DNA of 64,000 bases, from IMG/VR virus record IMGVR_UViG_3300005764_000014. One strand, 5' to 3'. This stretch comes from an uncultured virus (IMG/VR IMGVR_UViG_3300005764_000014) (Duplodnaviria > Heunggongvirae > Uroviricota > Caudoviricetes). This document shows positions 1-9,819 of the stretch, one piece after another. A program made the position numbers and the translations under genes. The notes under the pieces are model-generated. The model ran no database searches and had not been told where the DNA came from. It saw only the letters and a list, made by a program, of their open reading frames with translations. Within the stretch, counting starts at the first letter, position 1; each line of letters starts with the position of its first letter.

Positions 1-611
1 GCGCAGTGCAGCTTGCTCGCGCTGACCGCGTTGGACACGTTGCGGTCCACCCCGTCGGGGGAGTAGCTGTGCTTGAAGTAGCCGTACACGCTGCGCACCC
101 ACAGCTCGGACATGTTCTCCTGCGCCTCGGCCAGGATGCGCCGGGCCCGCGCCACCACCCCGGCGGGGTAGTAACCGCCCTCGTCCTCGGCCAGGGTCTC
201 GATGCTCATGATCGCGTCCGGGCCCGACGGCCGGTCCACGCGCGGCTTGCCCTTGCCCGAGCTGTGAAACCCGTAGATCGAGTAGGTGTGCGCCGGGTGG
301 CCCGGCGGGCACAGGAACGACCCGGAGCCGCCGTCACGTCCGGTGCGGAACTGGTAGATCGCGTTGACCTCCCGCTGAACCGGCTCGGCGTGGATCAGCC
401 CGGAGCCCAGGCGGGGGATCACGTAGTCCTCGACGGTCCAGCCGGCGACGTCCTTGCCGCGCACCAGGATCTGCCAGGAATCCACCTTGCTGACCCGGTA
501 GTTGGACGGCAGGTAGGCCGCCACGGTCTCGGGAGTGGGCTTGCCCTCGTGCCGGGGCACCCGCACCACGCGGTCGGCGCTGTAGTCGGGGGCCTGGTCT
601 TGCTCTGTCAT
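1..611 (-). CDS. Hypothetical phage protein, runs off the left edge of the window
   Basis: Not in the ORF track. Hand-translated open frame MTEQDQAPDYSADRVVRVPRHEGK..., with an AAGGAG RBS and a consensus promoter directly upstream. Confidence 0.75.
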   Translation of the reverse strand, partial: MTEQDQAPDYSADRVVRVPRHEGKPTPETVAAYLPSNYRVSKVDSWQILVRGKDVAGWTVEDYVIPRLGSGLIHAEPVQREVNAIYQFRTGRDGGSGSFLCPPGHPAHTYSIYGFHSSGKGKPRVDRPSGPDAIMSIETLAEDEGGYYPAGVVARARRILAEAQENMSELWVRSVYGYFKHSYSPDGVDRNVSNAVSASKLHC

Positions 612-638
612 GGTCATCTCCTTGGTCAGTTACCGGCC

Positions 639-668
639 AGAATATGAACTGGCCCGCACTTCTGTCAA
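639..668 (-). promoter_or_regulatory. SigA/HrdB-type promoter TTGACA-N18-TATTCT
   Basis: Minus strand reads TTGACA gaagtgcgggccagttca TATTCT, about 30 nt upstream of the start at 611. Confidence 0.75.
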
Positions 669-706
669 CGGTTGAGCGGGCGTTATTGTTCCCCGCCAGG
701 CAGCAC

Positions 707-749
707 GGAGCCCCGGCGACCGGTGATCGAACTGGTGCGCCGGGGCTCC
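707..749 (-). terminator. Stem-loop, probable terminator of the replication/recombination operon
   Basis: Perfect 12-bp inverted repeat GGAGCCCCGGCG/CGCCGGGGCTCC downstream of the stop at 824. Confidence 0.6.
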
Positions 750-823
750 ATCCGCCCGAGTCGTTGTGGGCCGGCCTGGGCGGCCTGACCGCTCCGCAAG
801 CGGGGCCTACGGGGCGGGCAGTC

Positions 824-1894
824 TTACTGGCCGGTCGCCCAGGGCGGCATCGGCGGTGCCTGCCCCGGCGGGCCCTGCGGTGGCTGCGCCGCGGGAGCTG
901 GCTGCTGCGGCATGCCGTTCTGGCCCTGGCCCTGCGCCGGGTTCCACTGCTGCTGGCCCTGGCCCTCGGCGGTGAACTGCCCCAGGCCCGGCTGGCCCAC
1001 GGCACCGGGCCCCGGAGCCGCGCCCTGCGGCGGCGGGTACGGCTGCCCGGGGTAGCCCTGCTGTGGTCCCGCGGCGGGGCCCTGCGGCGGAGCGTACTGC
1101 TGCGGCGGAGGACCGGCGGGCGGGCCCACAGGCTGTGGAGGACCCTGTGGAGGGGCGTAGCCCTGCGGCGGCAGCGCCGGGCCAGTTCCGGGCGGCCCGT
1201 AGGCCACAGCGGTCTGCGGGCCGGGAGCCGGCTGCTGCGGAACACCAGCGACCTTGTGCAGGCGGCGGATCTTGGTGTTGTCCCAGGCGGTGTCGAGGTA
1301 GGTCTCGATACCCACCGGCTTGCCGATCATCATCTGCCCGGCCTGCTCATCGGTGATGCCCTGGTGCCAGTACGGCTGCTCACCGGGGATGCCCGAGAAC
1401 TTCTCCCCGACCGGGATGCCCATGGCGGCCAGATCCTTCATCAGCCGCTCCGCGCCGAAGTTGTTCGGCTGCCCGTCGTTGGTCAGCGGGGACACCACCA
1501 TGGTGTAGGAGATGTTCCGGCCGGTGTGCGGGCCCTGGGTGAACTGCAGCTTCAGCTTCCAGCCGTTCTTGGTGCCGTCCTTGAAGCCGCCAGGCAGCCA
1601 CGGGGCCTCGGTCACGACACCGGGGAAGGTGCCGTGCGGCTCCAGCTTGAAACTGCCGCCCTGCTCGGCGTAGGCGTAGACCTGGTCCCACACGCCGGGA
1701 CCGGACGCGGGCGCGGCCTGGCTGCCGTAACCGGCGGGCGGTGCCGCATACCCGGGCGGGCCCTGCGGAGGGGCGTAGCCGGGCGGGGCGTAGCCCTGCT
1801 GCGGCGGGTAGCCCTGCTGCGGCTGCTGCGGGTAGCCCTGCTGCGGGCCCTGCTGCGGGTAGCCGCCACCGGGCGGCTGGTAGGGGTAACTCAT
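824..1894 (-). CDS. Putative ssDNA-binding protein (DUF669-like core) with P/Q/G/Y-rich tails
   Basis: Beta-rich core FKLEPHGTFPGVVTEA..WKLKLQFTQGPHTGRNI. It follows a Sak4-like ATPase and an exonuclease, the usual gene order. Confidence 0.65.
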   Translation of the reverse strand: MSYPYQPPGGGYPQQGPQQGYPQQPQQGYPPQQGYAPPGYAPPQGPPGYAAPPAGYGSQAAPASGPGVWDQVYAYAEQGGSFKLEPHGTFPGVVTEAPWLPGGFKDGTKNGWKLKLQFTQGPHTGRNISYTMVVSPLTNDGQPNNFGAERLMKDLAAMGIPVGEKFSGIPGEQPYWHQGITDEQAGQMMIGKPVGIETYLDTAWDNTKIRRLHKVAGVPQQPAPGPQTAVAYGPPGTGPALPPQGYAPPQGPPQPVGPPAGPPPQQYAPPQGPAAGPQQGYPGQPYPPPQGAAPGPGAVGQPGLGQFTAEGQGQQQWNPAQGQGQNGMPQQPAPAAQPPQGPPGQAPPMPPWATGQ

Positions 1895-1909
1895 GATCCT
1901 GATCTTCTC

Positions 1910-2734
1910 CTAACTCTGGATCACCTGGGCGACCATGCTCTCGATGGTCCAGCCCTCGACGCGGCCGGGGTATCCGACCACCATGTCATCGGGCAGCCGG
2001 CCCCACAGCCGGTTGCCGGTTTCGTGGATGGGGCTCGGGCCGATCCACAGGTGCCGTCGGCCGTCCGGGGCGGCTTCCAGCCACCCGGTGAGGTCGGGCA
2101 CGTACGGCGTCAGGTCCGCGGCCTGCCCGGACAGGATCGGCCGCCACTTGCGCATCCGGTCATCCCAGTGCGCGCCGGCGATGAACGTCACCGCCCACAC
2201 CGGCCGGTACGGGTGGGTGAGCAGGTCGCGGTAGGACCAGATCAGCCCCATCACCTGCCGCAGCACCATCCCCCAGTGGTCCCGCTCCATTTTCTTGTAG
2301 CCGGCGAGGGACATCATCACCCGCTGCTGGATCGTCGGCACAGAGTCGATCGTGACCGAGTTGAACGGGTGCTGCCCGGTGTTCAGGATCTTGTGCGTGG
2401 TGTGCAGCAGGTTGTAGTCCTGCACTACCACCACGCAGGTGTGCCAGCGGCCCTCGGGGTTGCGCGGGCTGGCCGCCCGGGGATCGCACGGCCAGCTCGG
2501 CACCTGCTCGCGCAGCGGGTTCCAGTAGATCTTGGTGCTCGGCGTCCACGACGCGGCGGTCTCGGAGTCCAGCGCCAGCACCGGCTCGGGCCCGGTGTCC
2601 CCGAGAGAGGACTTGCCCACCTTGTAGATGCCGAAGAACAGCGACGACAGGCCCTGCATCTGGCGGGTGGCGGCCGGCTGGCCGTTGGGCTGCGCGAGCC
2701 CGGCCGGTATGGCTTGGTACGGCTGGATCGTCAA
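1910..2734 (-). CDS. Sak4-like AAA ATPase / ssDNA-annealing protein (AAA_24 type)
   Basis: Walker A FFGIYKVGKSS, LALDSE and Walker B VTIDS; flanked by exonuclease and SSB genes. Confidence 0.8.
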   Translation of the reverse strand: MTIQPYQAIPAGLAQPNGQPAATRQMQGLSSLFFGIYKVGKSSLGDTGPEPVLALDSETAASWTPSTKIYWNPLREQVPSWPCDPRAASPRNPEGRWHTCVVVVQDYNLLHTTHKILNTGQHPFNSVTIDSVPTIQQRVMMSLAGYKKMERDHWGMVLRQVMGLIWSYRDLLTHPYRPVWAVTFIAGAHWDDRMRKWRPILSGQAADLTPYVPDLTGWLEAAPDGRRHLWIGPSPIHETGNRLWGRLPDDMVVGYPGRVEGWTIESMVAQVIQS

Positions 2735-2761
2735 GTCAGCTCCCTGGTCCTGGTGGCAAGC

Positions 2762-3847
2762 CTACTGCTGCTGCCTGCCGGCCTGGGCCTGGATGGCCTC
2801 CAGGCCGCCCCGGTTGTACCGATCATAAGGATCGGCCCGGACATAACGGCCGGACTCCTCCAGCACCCCCGCCCAGTCGGAGCCGTCGGACATCATGATG
2901 CACAGCCCGCCGGCGTGCGGGCACGACCACGAGCAGTCGTGCATGATCTCCACCGGCCGGCAGATGGTCCGCTGCACATGGTTGATCGCCTCGACGGTGC
3001 CGCCCGCGGCGTAGGCCTGATCGAGCGCGGCGCGGGCCTGGAGGATCTCATAAGCCACCTGCTGGATGCCGGCGAGGGTCGCGGCCATCGAGTCCGGGCC
3101 GTACCGGAACGGGTCGGAGCGCTCGTAGAACGGCGGCTTGGCCCTGGCCGAGCGCTTGATCCGGCGCAGCATGTTGACCTGCCCGCCGAGCACCAGCGGC
3201 GCGTCCGGGCGGATCTGTGGCATCACGCCGGGCTGCGGCGGCGGGTAACCGGCTTTCAGCCACTGCACCAGGTTGTAGGTCTTCATCTGCGGGTCCATCC
3301 GCAGCATGTGCACCCGCTCGAAGTTCTCGACGGTCTTGTGGTCGATGAAGTGGAAGTAGCCGGTGGCGGTGTCGAGGCCGATCTGGTCCATCTTGCAGCG
3401 CAGCGCCACCCGGCCCTCGAAGCCGGGCAGCGGCACGGCGACTTCCTGCTCGACGGCGACCACCTGCAGGGTGGCGTCGGCGTTCTCGTTCTGCACCCAG
3501 TCCAGGTACCCGGTGGCCATCAGAATGGCCAGCTCCCATTCGGCGCGCAGTTCCTTCTCGTCGTCGGGGTGCGCGGTGATCTCGGCGTTGTAGATCAGGT
3601 CGAGCACGATCTTCGGGTCGATCGAGCGCGGCCCGTACCAGCCTTCGAGGGCGGTGTGCATGCGGATGCCGAGCTGCCGCTTGCCGAACGGCTTCTCATC
3701 GGCGGGCAGAAAGCCGAGGTAATGCTCGACAAACCAGCGCCGCGGGCAGCGCTTCCACTGGCCCATCTCGGTGTTGGACAGCCCGAGGACGCCGTTGGTC
3801 AGCGGCCCGTTGGCGGGGCTATGCAGCAGGGGTTCTGTCATGGTCAT
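2762..3847 (-). CDS. PD-(D/E)XK (RecB/Cas4-like) exonuclease
   Basis: CPRRW, G..MH.ALE, KMDQ..FIDHKT, QMKTY and C-terminal CSWSC...C motifs. Confidence 0.85.
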   Translation of the reverse strand: MTMTEPLLHSPANGPLTNGVLGLSNTEMGQWKRCPRRWFVEHYLGFLPADEKPFGKRQLGIRMHTALEGWYGPRSIDPKIVLDLIYNAEITAHPDDEKELRAEWELAILMATGYLDWVQNENADATLQVVAVEQEVAVPLPGFEGRVALRCKMDQIGLDTATGYFHFIDHKTVENFERVHMLRMDPQMKTYNLVQWLKAGYPPPQPGVMPQIRPDAPLVLGGQVNMLRRIKRSARAKPPFYERSDPFRYGPDSMAATLAGIQQVAYEILQARAALDQAYAAGGTVEAINHVQRTICRPVEIMHDCSWSCPHAGGLCIMMSDGSDWAGVLEESGRYVRADPYDRYNRGGLEAIQAQAGRQQQ

Positions 3848-5777
3848 CTCCTGGTACGGTCTCGCCCGGCTGGACGTCGATCATCCAGCGGAGCACGGTG
3901 CCATCTTGGGTGATCTGCTCATGCCTGGCCTCCTTGACCAGGCCGAGCTGGTAGAGGCGGATGTCGACGGTGCCCGCCGACAGCGACCACACCTGGCGGA
4001 ACGGTGTGGTGCGGCCGAACCGGTCCCCCCGTCCTGTCTTCTGCTCCCGGCCCCGGAACGTCGGGTCGGGCTGCATCCAGAAGATCCCCTCGGCCTCGGG
4101 GAGGTCGATCGCCTCGCCGCCGGCGTCGGTGATGAAGATGATCCGCACCTGGCCGCTGCGGAACTGCTGGGCGGCGGCGTCCTTCTCGGTGTGGCCCATG
4201 CCGCCGGTGATCTTCGTCCAGCCGATGTTCGCCTCGGCCAGTTTCGCCTCCGACAGCCGCACGCAGGCGGGGGAGTTGATGCCGATGATCCACTGGCCGG
4301 GCTCGTTGTCGAGGAAGTCCATCAGGTCATCGACCTTGTTGGACGGCGCGCACATGGTGACGGCTTGGTCGCTGAACCCCACCGCGTCCTCGACGTCGGT
4401 GGTGGCGACGGTCGCGGTGGCGAGCTGGCACAGCCGCCCGAACTGCACCACCGAGTTCGCTGGCACCAGGGTCTCGCCGGGCTCCAGCTCGGCCAGGCCG
4501 ATCTTGGCGATGGCGTCGTAGACCCGCTTCTGCCGGGGTGCCATCGGCGGGTAGCGGAACTCCGGGTCGGCCATCGCCGGCTCGCCGGGGCGGGCCATCT
4601 CGCGCGGGATGCGCCGGAAGTAGGGCATGGTCACCGCGTGGAACGTGGCCTCGGTGTCCGGCCGCAGGTCGAGGATCACCTTGCCCTTGCCGGCGAAGGC
4701 GAAGTCCTGCAGCGCGTACAGGTCCAGGTACTTGGACCGGGACGGCCAGGCCCGGGGGTCGAGGCCGTGCAGGATCGCCCACAGGTCTTTGACCGAGTTC
4801 GGTGTCAGGGTGCCGGTGGTCGGCCAGCAGTTCTCGGAGTGCATCATCAGCCACCACACCGCGCGGGACTGCTTGGAGTGCGGGTCCGCGAGGCGGTGCG
4901 CCTCGTCGGGGATGACGGTGCGGAACCCGCGCCCGCTCTCCCCCCAGGCCAGCTCGTTGAACTCCTTCTCGCACTGCTCACACGCGGTGGCCGATTTGCC
5001 GGTGGACCCGCCGTGCTTATTGCAGGAGACAAACGCTTGTCCCGGGTAGGCGGCCAGCCGGGTGTGGAACCGGACGTTCTGCCAGACGATGATGCCGACA
5101 TCGGCGTCCCCGGCCGCGATCTTGGCGATGGCGCTGCGCCGCTTGGCCGCGGAGTCGGTGATCAGCACGGTGCGCAGCTCGGGTGCCCAGGTGCCCAGTT
5201 TCCGCTGCCAGGACAGCGGCGCGGAGTCGGGGCAGATCACCAGCGCCGGCAGCGCGGACTCCTGCTCGTGCAGGTACTGCATGGCCCGGATCAGCGGCGG
5301 CGTCTTGCCGTTGCCGCGGGCGTCCCCGAGGATGTTGCGCCGCCAGTTCAGCAGGTACTGTACCGCGCCGCGCTGCGGGCCGTTGAGCTGCGGGCCGCCA
5401 GGCAGCTCCTTGCCCACCAGCCAGGACAGGATCTCCGGGTCGGTGGCGTCCAGCGCCGTCCGGTCGGCCATCCGCTTAGCGAACTGCTCACGGGCGGCGG
5501 CCACCCAGGCCTGCAGGCCGGGGTAGATGTGGATGCCCGGGATGTAGGCGGGCAGCTCGGAGTCGGCGGCGTACACCGGCCTGGGCGGGAACACGGTCAT
5601 CAGCGCGCCGAAGGCGGGCCAGGACAGCGGCACCTTCCAGAACCCGTCGTCCTTGCTGTGGTTGCAGCCGGGGATCTGCTTGGCCAGGACGTACTCAGGC
5701 GGGCTGCAGCCGATGGCCATCACCGGCGGGTCCGAGCCGGGGATGACGTCGGCCCACGCGCCGCTAGATCCGGTCAT
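3819..5777 (-). CDS. SNF2-family (SF2) helicase/ATPase
   Basis: ILGDARGNGKT, LVICP, DEAH, TGTL and C-terminal AGGEAIDL/QKTGRGDR motifs. Confidence 0.85.
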   Translation of the reverse strand: MTGSSGAWADVIPGSDPPVMAIGCSPPEYVLAKQIPGCNHSKDDGFWKVPLSWPAFGALMTVFPPRPVYAADSELPAYIPGIHIYPGLQAWVAAAREQFAKRMADRTALDATDPEILSWLVGKELPGGPQLNGPQRGAVQYLLNWRRNILGDARGNGKTPPLIRAMQYLHEQESALPALVICPDSAPLSWQRKLGTWAPELRTVLITDSAAKRRSAIAKIAAGDADVGIIVWQNVRFHTRLAAYPGQAFVSCNKHGGSTGKSATACEQCEKEFNELAWGESGRGFRTVIPDEAHRLADPHSKQSRAVWWLMMHSENCWPTTGTLTPNSVKDLWAILHGLDPRAWPSRSKYLDLYALQDFAFAGKGKVILDLRPDTEATFHAVTMPYFRRIPREMARPGEPAMADPEFRYPPMAPRQKRVYDAIAKIGLAELEPGETLVPANSVVQFGRLCQLATATVATTDVEDAVGFSDQAVTMCAPSNKVDDLMDFLDNEPGQWIIGINSPACVRLSEAKLAEANIGWTKITGGMGHTEKDAAAQQFRSGQVRIIFITDAGGEAIDLPEAEGIFWMQPDPTFRGREQKTGRGDRFGRTTPFRQVWSLSAGTVDIRLYQLGLVKEARHEQITQDGTVLRWMIDVQPGETVPGDDHDRTPAA

Positions 5778-6168
5778 CAGTGATCCTCCCTTGTGCCAGT
5801 ACGATCCTCCACCCGCCCCAGGGCAGGCCAGGCTCGGCCACCACCGGCAGGCCGAGCTGGAGCACCTGCGGATGGCCGCCGGCGAAGTCCCCGAACGACG
5901 GCAGGACGTACTTGGGGATCAGTGCCAGCACCGCCGGGTGGCACTCGAAGACCATCTTGTCCCGCAGCCAGTCCAGGTCCATGTTGCCCGCGACTTCCCG
6001 CAGCTCATTGACCATGGCGGTGACGTCGGCGGCTTCCTGGGTCAGGCCCTCGCACTGGTAGCCCTCGGAGCCGCCGCCGGACCACACGATGTGCCTGCCG
6101 TGCACGCCGTCGATGCGCTGGCTGCCGAAGTGGCCCGCCTGGCATACCGGCTTGCTGATCTCGATCAC
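5764..6168 (-). CDS. Hypothetical protein
   Basis: GTG start overlapping the upstream stop (GTGA); operon-like packing. Confidence 0.6.
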   Translation of the reverse strand: MIEISKPVCQAGHFGSQRIDGVHGRHIVWSGGGSEGYQCEGLTQEAADVTAMVNELREVAGNMDLDWLRDKMVFECHPAVLALIPKYVLPSFGDFAGGHPQVLQLGLPVVAEPGLPWGGWRIVLAQGRITDDRI

Positions 6169-6398
6169 GCCATCACCGTGCCGCGGGCACCGCCGGGGCA
6201 GACACACAGCGCCGGCTTGTAGCCGCACAGGCACCGGTTGGGGGTGCAGTCCGGGCACCAGCGCGGCTTGCGCGGCCTGCGGGGCGCGTCCGGATGGTCC
6301 ATGTCCGCCTCGACGCCGGCCAGCAGCCCGGGGTCTGCGGGGACGTGGGTGCTGTTGTGCGAGCGGGATTTCCTGCCATTCTTCCCCATGATCATCAT
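6165..6398 (-). CDS. Small Cys-rich hypothetical protein
   Basis: CPDC..CLC..CVC; fills the gap in the operon. Confidence 0.5.
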   Translation of the reverse strand: MMIMGKNGRKSRSHNSTHVPADPGLLAGVEADMDHPDAPRRPRKPRWCPDCTPNRCLCGYKPALCVCPGGARGTVMA

Positions 6399-6416
6399 CC
6401 TTCATCTGGGTCTGTG

Positions 6417-6875
6417 TTACACGTTACGCGCGGCCTCCGACAGTACCGCCGCGATGGCCGGGGTCATCTGCCCTTCGCGCATCAGCCACGCCAGCATGTG
6501 CTGGGCGGCGGACTGCGCGTCGTCTTTGCCGGGCACCCACCAGCCGAGGGCCTCCAGCATCGCCCTGGTGGCTTTCTTGCGCTGCTCGGGCCTGGCCGAC
6601 AGCAGCCGGCACCGGTACCTGGTGGCGTACCGCCGCACCACCCCGATCATCTCGATGGCGTGGTGCGCGTCGTCCTGCGGCGTGCCGGGGATGATGGTGT
6701 AGGTCTCGTACCCGATGGTCAGCGCGGGCCCCCACCGGGCGCAGGAGTCCTCGACGTGGTCGCCGGCCTCCATGAACTTCCACTCGTCCGCGAAGAACGC
6801 GGTGCCGGACTGCCACAGCCACGCCAGCCCGGTGTCACCGCCCGGGTCCACCCACAGCACCACCGGGGGAATCAC
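6417..6875 (-). CDS. RuvC-like Holliday junction resolvase
   Basis: VVLWVDPGGDTGLA, IGYE, IEMIGVV and DDAQSA (RNase H-fold acidic residues). Confidence 0.75.
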   Translation of the reverse strand: MIPPVVLWVDPGGDTGLAWLWQSGTAFFADEWKFMEAGDHVEDSCARWGPALTIGYETYTIIPGTPQDDAHHAIEMIGVVRRYATRYRCRLLSARPEQRKKATRAMLEALGWWVPGKDDAQSAAQHMLAWLMREGQMTPAIAAVLSEAARNV

Positions 6876-7438
6876 CGCCGGGCTACCTTCCGTATCACGA
6901 CCTGGCCTGAGCGCTGCTCGGCATAGACCTTGCCCGCGAAACCGAGCCGCCGGATCGAACCGTTGATCGCAGCGATCGAGCTGCCGTCCACGGTGGCGGC
7001 ATCCTCACCGGAGTCAAGGAACGCCCGCAGCACAGCCCGGCTGACCGAGGGGTACTGGGCGGGCATCTTCGGGGTCAGTTGGTACTCCACCAGGTCTGGG
7101 TTCTGCAGCTCCCAGTCACGCACGGCACGGCGTTCCCGGGCAGCGCCCATCTGCTCCCAGGCCAGCAGTTTCGATTCGCAGCGCCTCTGGTTACACAGCC
7201 AGACATAGCTTCGGATATGGTCGATCGGGCTGACTACCAGCCGCCGCCGCCTGGATTTGCGGAGGCAGTACCCGCACCCCTGGCCATTGAACTTCCGCTG
7301 GGTGATGTGGAGCTTGACCCATATCCTGGCCCTGGCCCGCCACAGCAGGATGTCGCGGTCCTCGTTCTTCCAGTAGCGCGGGCCGAGCCCGTTGTGCGGG
7401 GCAGCCTCGCGCATCTTTTCCAGCGTTGGTGCTGTCAC
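6872..7438 (-). CDS. Hypothetical protein (CxxC)
   Basis: Overlapping start and stop with both neighbours. Confidence 0.6.
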   Translation of the reverse strand: MTAPTLEKMREAAPHNGLGPRYWKNEDRDILLWRARARIWVKLHITQRKFNGQGCGYCLRKSRRRRLVVSPIDHIRSYVWLCNQRRCESKLLAWEQMGAARERRAVRDWELQNPDLVEYQLTPKMPAQYPSVSRAVLRAFLDSGEDAATVDGSSIAAINGSIRRLGFAGKVYAEQRSGQVVIRKVARR

Positions 7439-9237
7439 TTGATCCACCGTTCCTTCATGATCTGGCCCTCCCACAGGATCGGCACCCGGTAGTGCTCGCG
7501 GTCGGTGATCAGCGCGGTGACATCCCGCAGCACCGCCCCGGCGTCGGCGGCGGGGACCTCCGCGAAGATCTCGTCATGGTGGGTGATCCGCAGCGCCGGG
7601 CCGTAGCCGGCCGCGTCGAGCCCCACCACGGCGTTCTTCAGGATCTCCGCGGAGCTGCCCTGGATGCGGTAGTCGATGAGGGCGTAGGCCTTGTCGGCGT
7701 ACAGCCGCCGGCCCCACAGCGTGTGCACCTGCGGCCGGTGGCCGCGCCGTTTCTGCGACTGCACCAGCCGGAAGGAGTCCCGGGACAGGGTGCGGTACCG
7801 CGCCTTGAATCCCTCGTAGATGGGTTCGAGGTCGAGGACCGACACCCCCGCGGTGGCCGCCGCCGTGTCCAGGCCGGACCCGTAGATGGTCGCGTAGCTG
7901 GTGTTCTTGGTCATGGTGTAACGCGGGTCGCGCTTGGAGATCTCGGTGCGGTAGATCTGCCCGGCCAGGTTGACGAAGAACGACGTGCCGCTGTCATCGC
8001 AGAAGGCGAAGTCCGCGATGAGCTGCCGGTCCCCGGAGAAGTGCGCCGCCATCCGCATCTCGATCTGCGCGGCGTCCCACGAGCAGAACACCATGGACGG
8101 CCGGGGCCGGAAGGAGCCCCGGATCTGCGGGAAGTCCCGGTCGAAGGTCTGCATCGCCGGCTCTGTGACCGACTGCCGGGACGTGTGCGCCGCGCCGATC
8201 GAGTGGATCGCGTAGTGGATCACGTCCTGTTCGTCGGCCATCGCCAGGAACTTGCCGAAGTGCCGCCCGAGCACCGCCTGGGCCTTGCGGGCGTTGCGCA
8301 GCGTGGAGATCAGCCCGGCCGCCTGCGGGTAGGCGGCGGCGTAGTGCTCCATGGTCTCCTTGTCGATCTGCGGCCGGCCGGTCTTGGCGGTGCGCCGCTC
8401 GATCGTCACCCCCGCCCGCTGCAGTGCCGCGCCGACCTGCTCCCCCGACTCCACCGAGGTCACCCCGTGCTCGGCGGCCAGCCAGGCGAGGGCCTGGGCG
8501 CACCAGGCGCTGATCTGGTCCTCCCAGTGCATGATGTAGGGCCGGTCGATCATCATGCCGGTGTGCATCATCTGCGCGCAGATCCGCGCGTAAGCCAGTT
8601 CGAGGTCGTAGGCGTGGCCGAAGGACCCGCGGACCTCGGGCAGGTGCCTGGCCAGCAGGTGGCTGGTCAGCACCGGGTCACCCGCGCCGTAGCGCCAGAA
8701 CGGCGGGAAGTCATCGGGCACCGTGGCGTAGGTCCACTTCTGCGCCTTCATCGCCTCGTCCAGCTCACCCTGCCAGGCCATCGCCGTCGGGTCGATGTCG
8801 TGGGCGGCGCGGGGCTTCAGCGCGAGCGCCTTGGACGGGTGCATGCCTGGCGGCGCGGAATCGGCCAGGTGGGAGGCGAGCTGGGCGTCCTCGATCTGCG
8901 CCCAGTTCAGCCACAGCCCGTGATGGTGGCCGAGAACGAGGTAGTCATACGGGGCGTTGAAGAACCCGATCCGGCCGGTGTATTTGGCCAGAACCTCGTG
9001 CGCGCCGCCCATCCATTCCGGCGGGAACGCCCAGCCGTTCCACAGGTCCCCGAGCTGGGTCATCCGGTGCTTATCACGCCACCAGGCCAGCCCCGCCGAT
9101 TCGGTGTCGGCGCACAGGATGTCGCGGCGCTCACCGGCCCACCTGCGGAAGGCGTCGAGGGTGTCCAGGTCGGTGACATGGTGGAGCTGCACCTGGTCGA
9201 GCACGCCGCCGCGGGATGGTGCCTGAGCTGTCGTCAT
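7435..9237 (-). CDS. polA: Family A DNA polymerase with 3'-5' exonuclease domain
   Basis: Exonuclease motifs ADTES, FNAPYD, YGAGD; polymerase motifs A DAAQIEMR, B KNTSYATIYG, C HHDEI. Confidence 0.95.
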   Translation of the reverse strand: MTTAQAPSRGGVLDQVQLHHVTDLDTLDAFRRWAGERRDILCADTESAGLAWWRDKHRMTQLGDLWNGWAFPPEWMGGAHEVLAKYTGRIGFFNAPYDYLVLGHHHGLWLNWAQIEDAQLASHLADSAPPGMHPSKALALKPRAAHDIDPTAMAWQGELDEAMKAQKWTYATVPDDFPPFWRYGAGDPVLTSHLLARHLPEVRGSFGHAYDLELAYARICAQMMHTGMMIDRPYIMHWEDQISAWCAQALAWLAAEHGVTSVESGEQVGAALQRAGVTIERRTAKTGRPQIDKETMEHYAAAYPQAAGLISTLRNARKAQAVLGRHFGKFLAMADEQDVIHYAIHSIGAAHTSRQSVTEPAMQTFDRDFPQIRGSFRPRPSMVFCSWDAAQIEMRMAAHFSGDRQLIADFAFCDDSGTSFFVNLAGQIYRTEISKRDPRYTMTKNTSYATIYGSGLDTAAATAGVSVLDLEPIYEGFKARYRTLSRDSFRLVQSQKRRGHRPQVHTLWGRRLYADKAYALIDYRIQGSSAEILKNAVVGLDAAGYGPALRITHHDEIFAEVPAADAGAVLRDVTALITDREHYRVPILWEGQIMKERWIK

Positions 9238-9263
9238 GATCAGAATCCTGTCTCAGCCTGGGG

Positions 9264-9473
9264 TCAGACTACTACGTGGTCACACTTGCCCTGCCGGCAG
9301 TTGAACGACTGGATGGCGTGGGTGGCCCACCAGTCGAGGATGTCGGCGGTGTCGCCGGGGCGGGCCTCCCCGGCCTGCACCCGGCGCACCGCGGGCGCGA
9401 TGGGATCGCGGAAGTCGACGGTGATCAGCTCGCTGCTGATCATCACCGTGTAGTGGAACCGGCCCTCGGTCAT
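9264..9473 (-). CDS. Hypothetical protein
   Basis: ATGA overlap with the upstream gene. Confidence 0.55.
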   Translation of the reverse strand: MTEGRFHYTVMISSELITVDFRDPIAPAVRRVQAGEARPGDTADILDWWATHAIQSFNCRQGKCDHVVV

Positions 9474-9748
9474 CCGCGCTCGGCACCCGCCATCAGCGCC
9501 ACCACGGCGTGGATCAGCTCGGCGTCCATGCGTGGCAGCGCGTACGGCCCTTCCTGCGCGGCCAGTTCCCGCGGCCCGGCACCAGCACGGACCATGGTGA
9601 CCAGGTGGTGGTCCATCGCGCTGTGCATGCCCAGGCGGCCACGGATCTCCTCCAGGCCGCGCCGCAGGTGCCCCAGCACGCAGGCGATCTCGGTGTCGTC
9701 CCAGTACCTGGGCTGTCTGTCGGCGGCAGGAGCGGCTGAACCAGTCAT
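9470..9748 (-). CDS. Hypothetical protein
   Basis: ORF with genome-typical codon use; start uncertain. Confidence 0.55.
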   Translation of the reverse strand: MTGSAAPAADRQPRYWDDTEIACVLGHLRRGLEEIRGRLGMHSAMDHHLVTMVRAGAGPRELAAQEGPYALPRMDAELIHAVVALMAGAERG

Positions 9749-9819
9749 GGGTGGCCCCCGGGTGTCTGGTGGTTGCTGGCCTAATGGTGGCACGCCGCGC
9801 TGTCAGTACGGGGGACGCT

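Noticed and set aside
2762..3847. Cas4-like nuclease as evidence of CRISPR-Cas
   Set aside because: No repeat-spacer array or other cas genes; it sits in an ordinary exonuclease-Sak4-SSB module.
644..9453. Long plus-strand ORFs (644-3913, 3771-5783, 7426-9453)
   Set aside because: Antisense shadows of motif-bearing minus-strand genes; stop codons are scarce in high-GC DNA.
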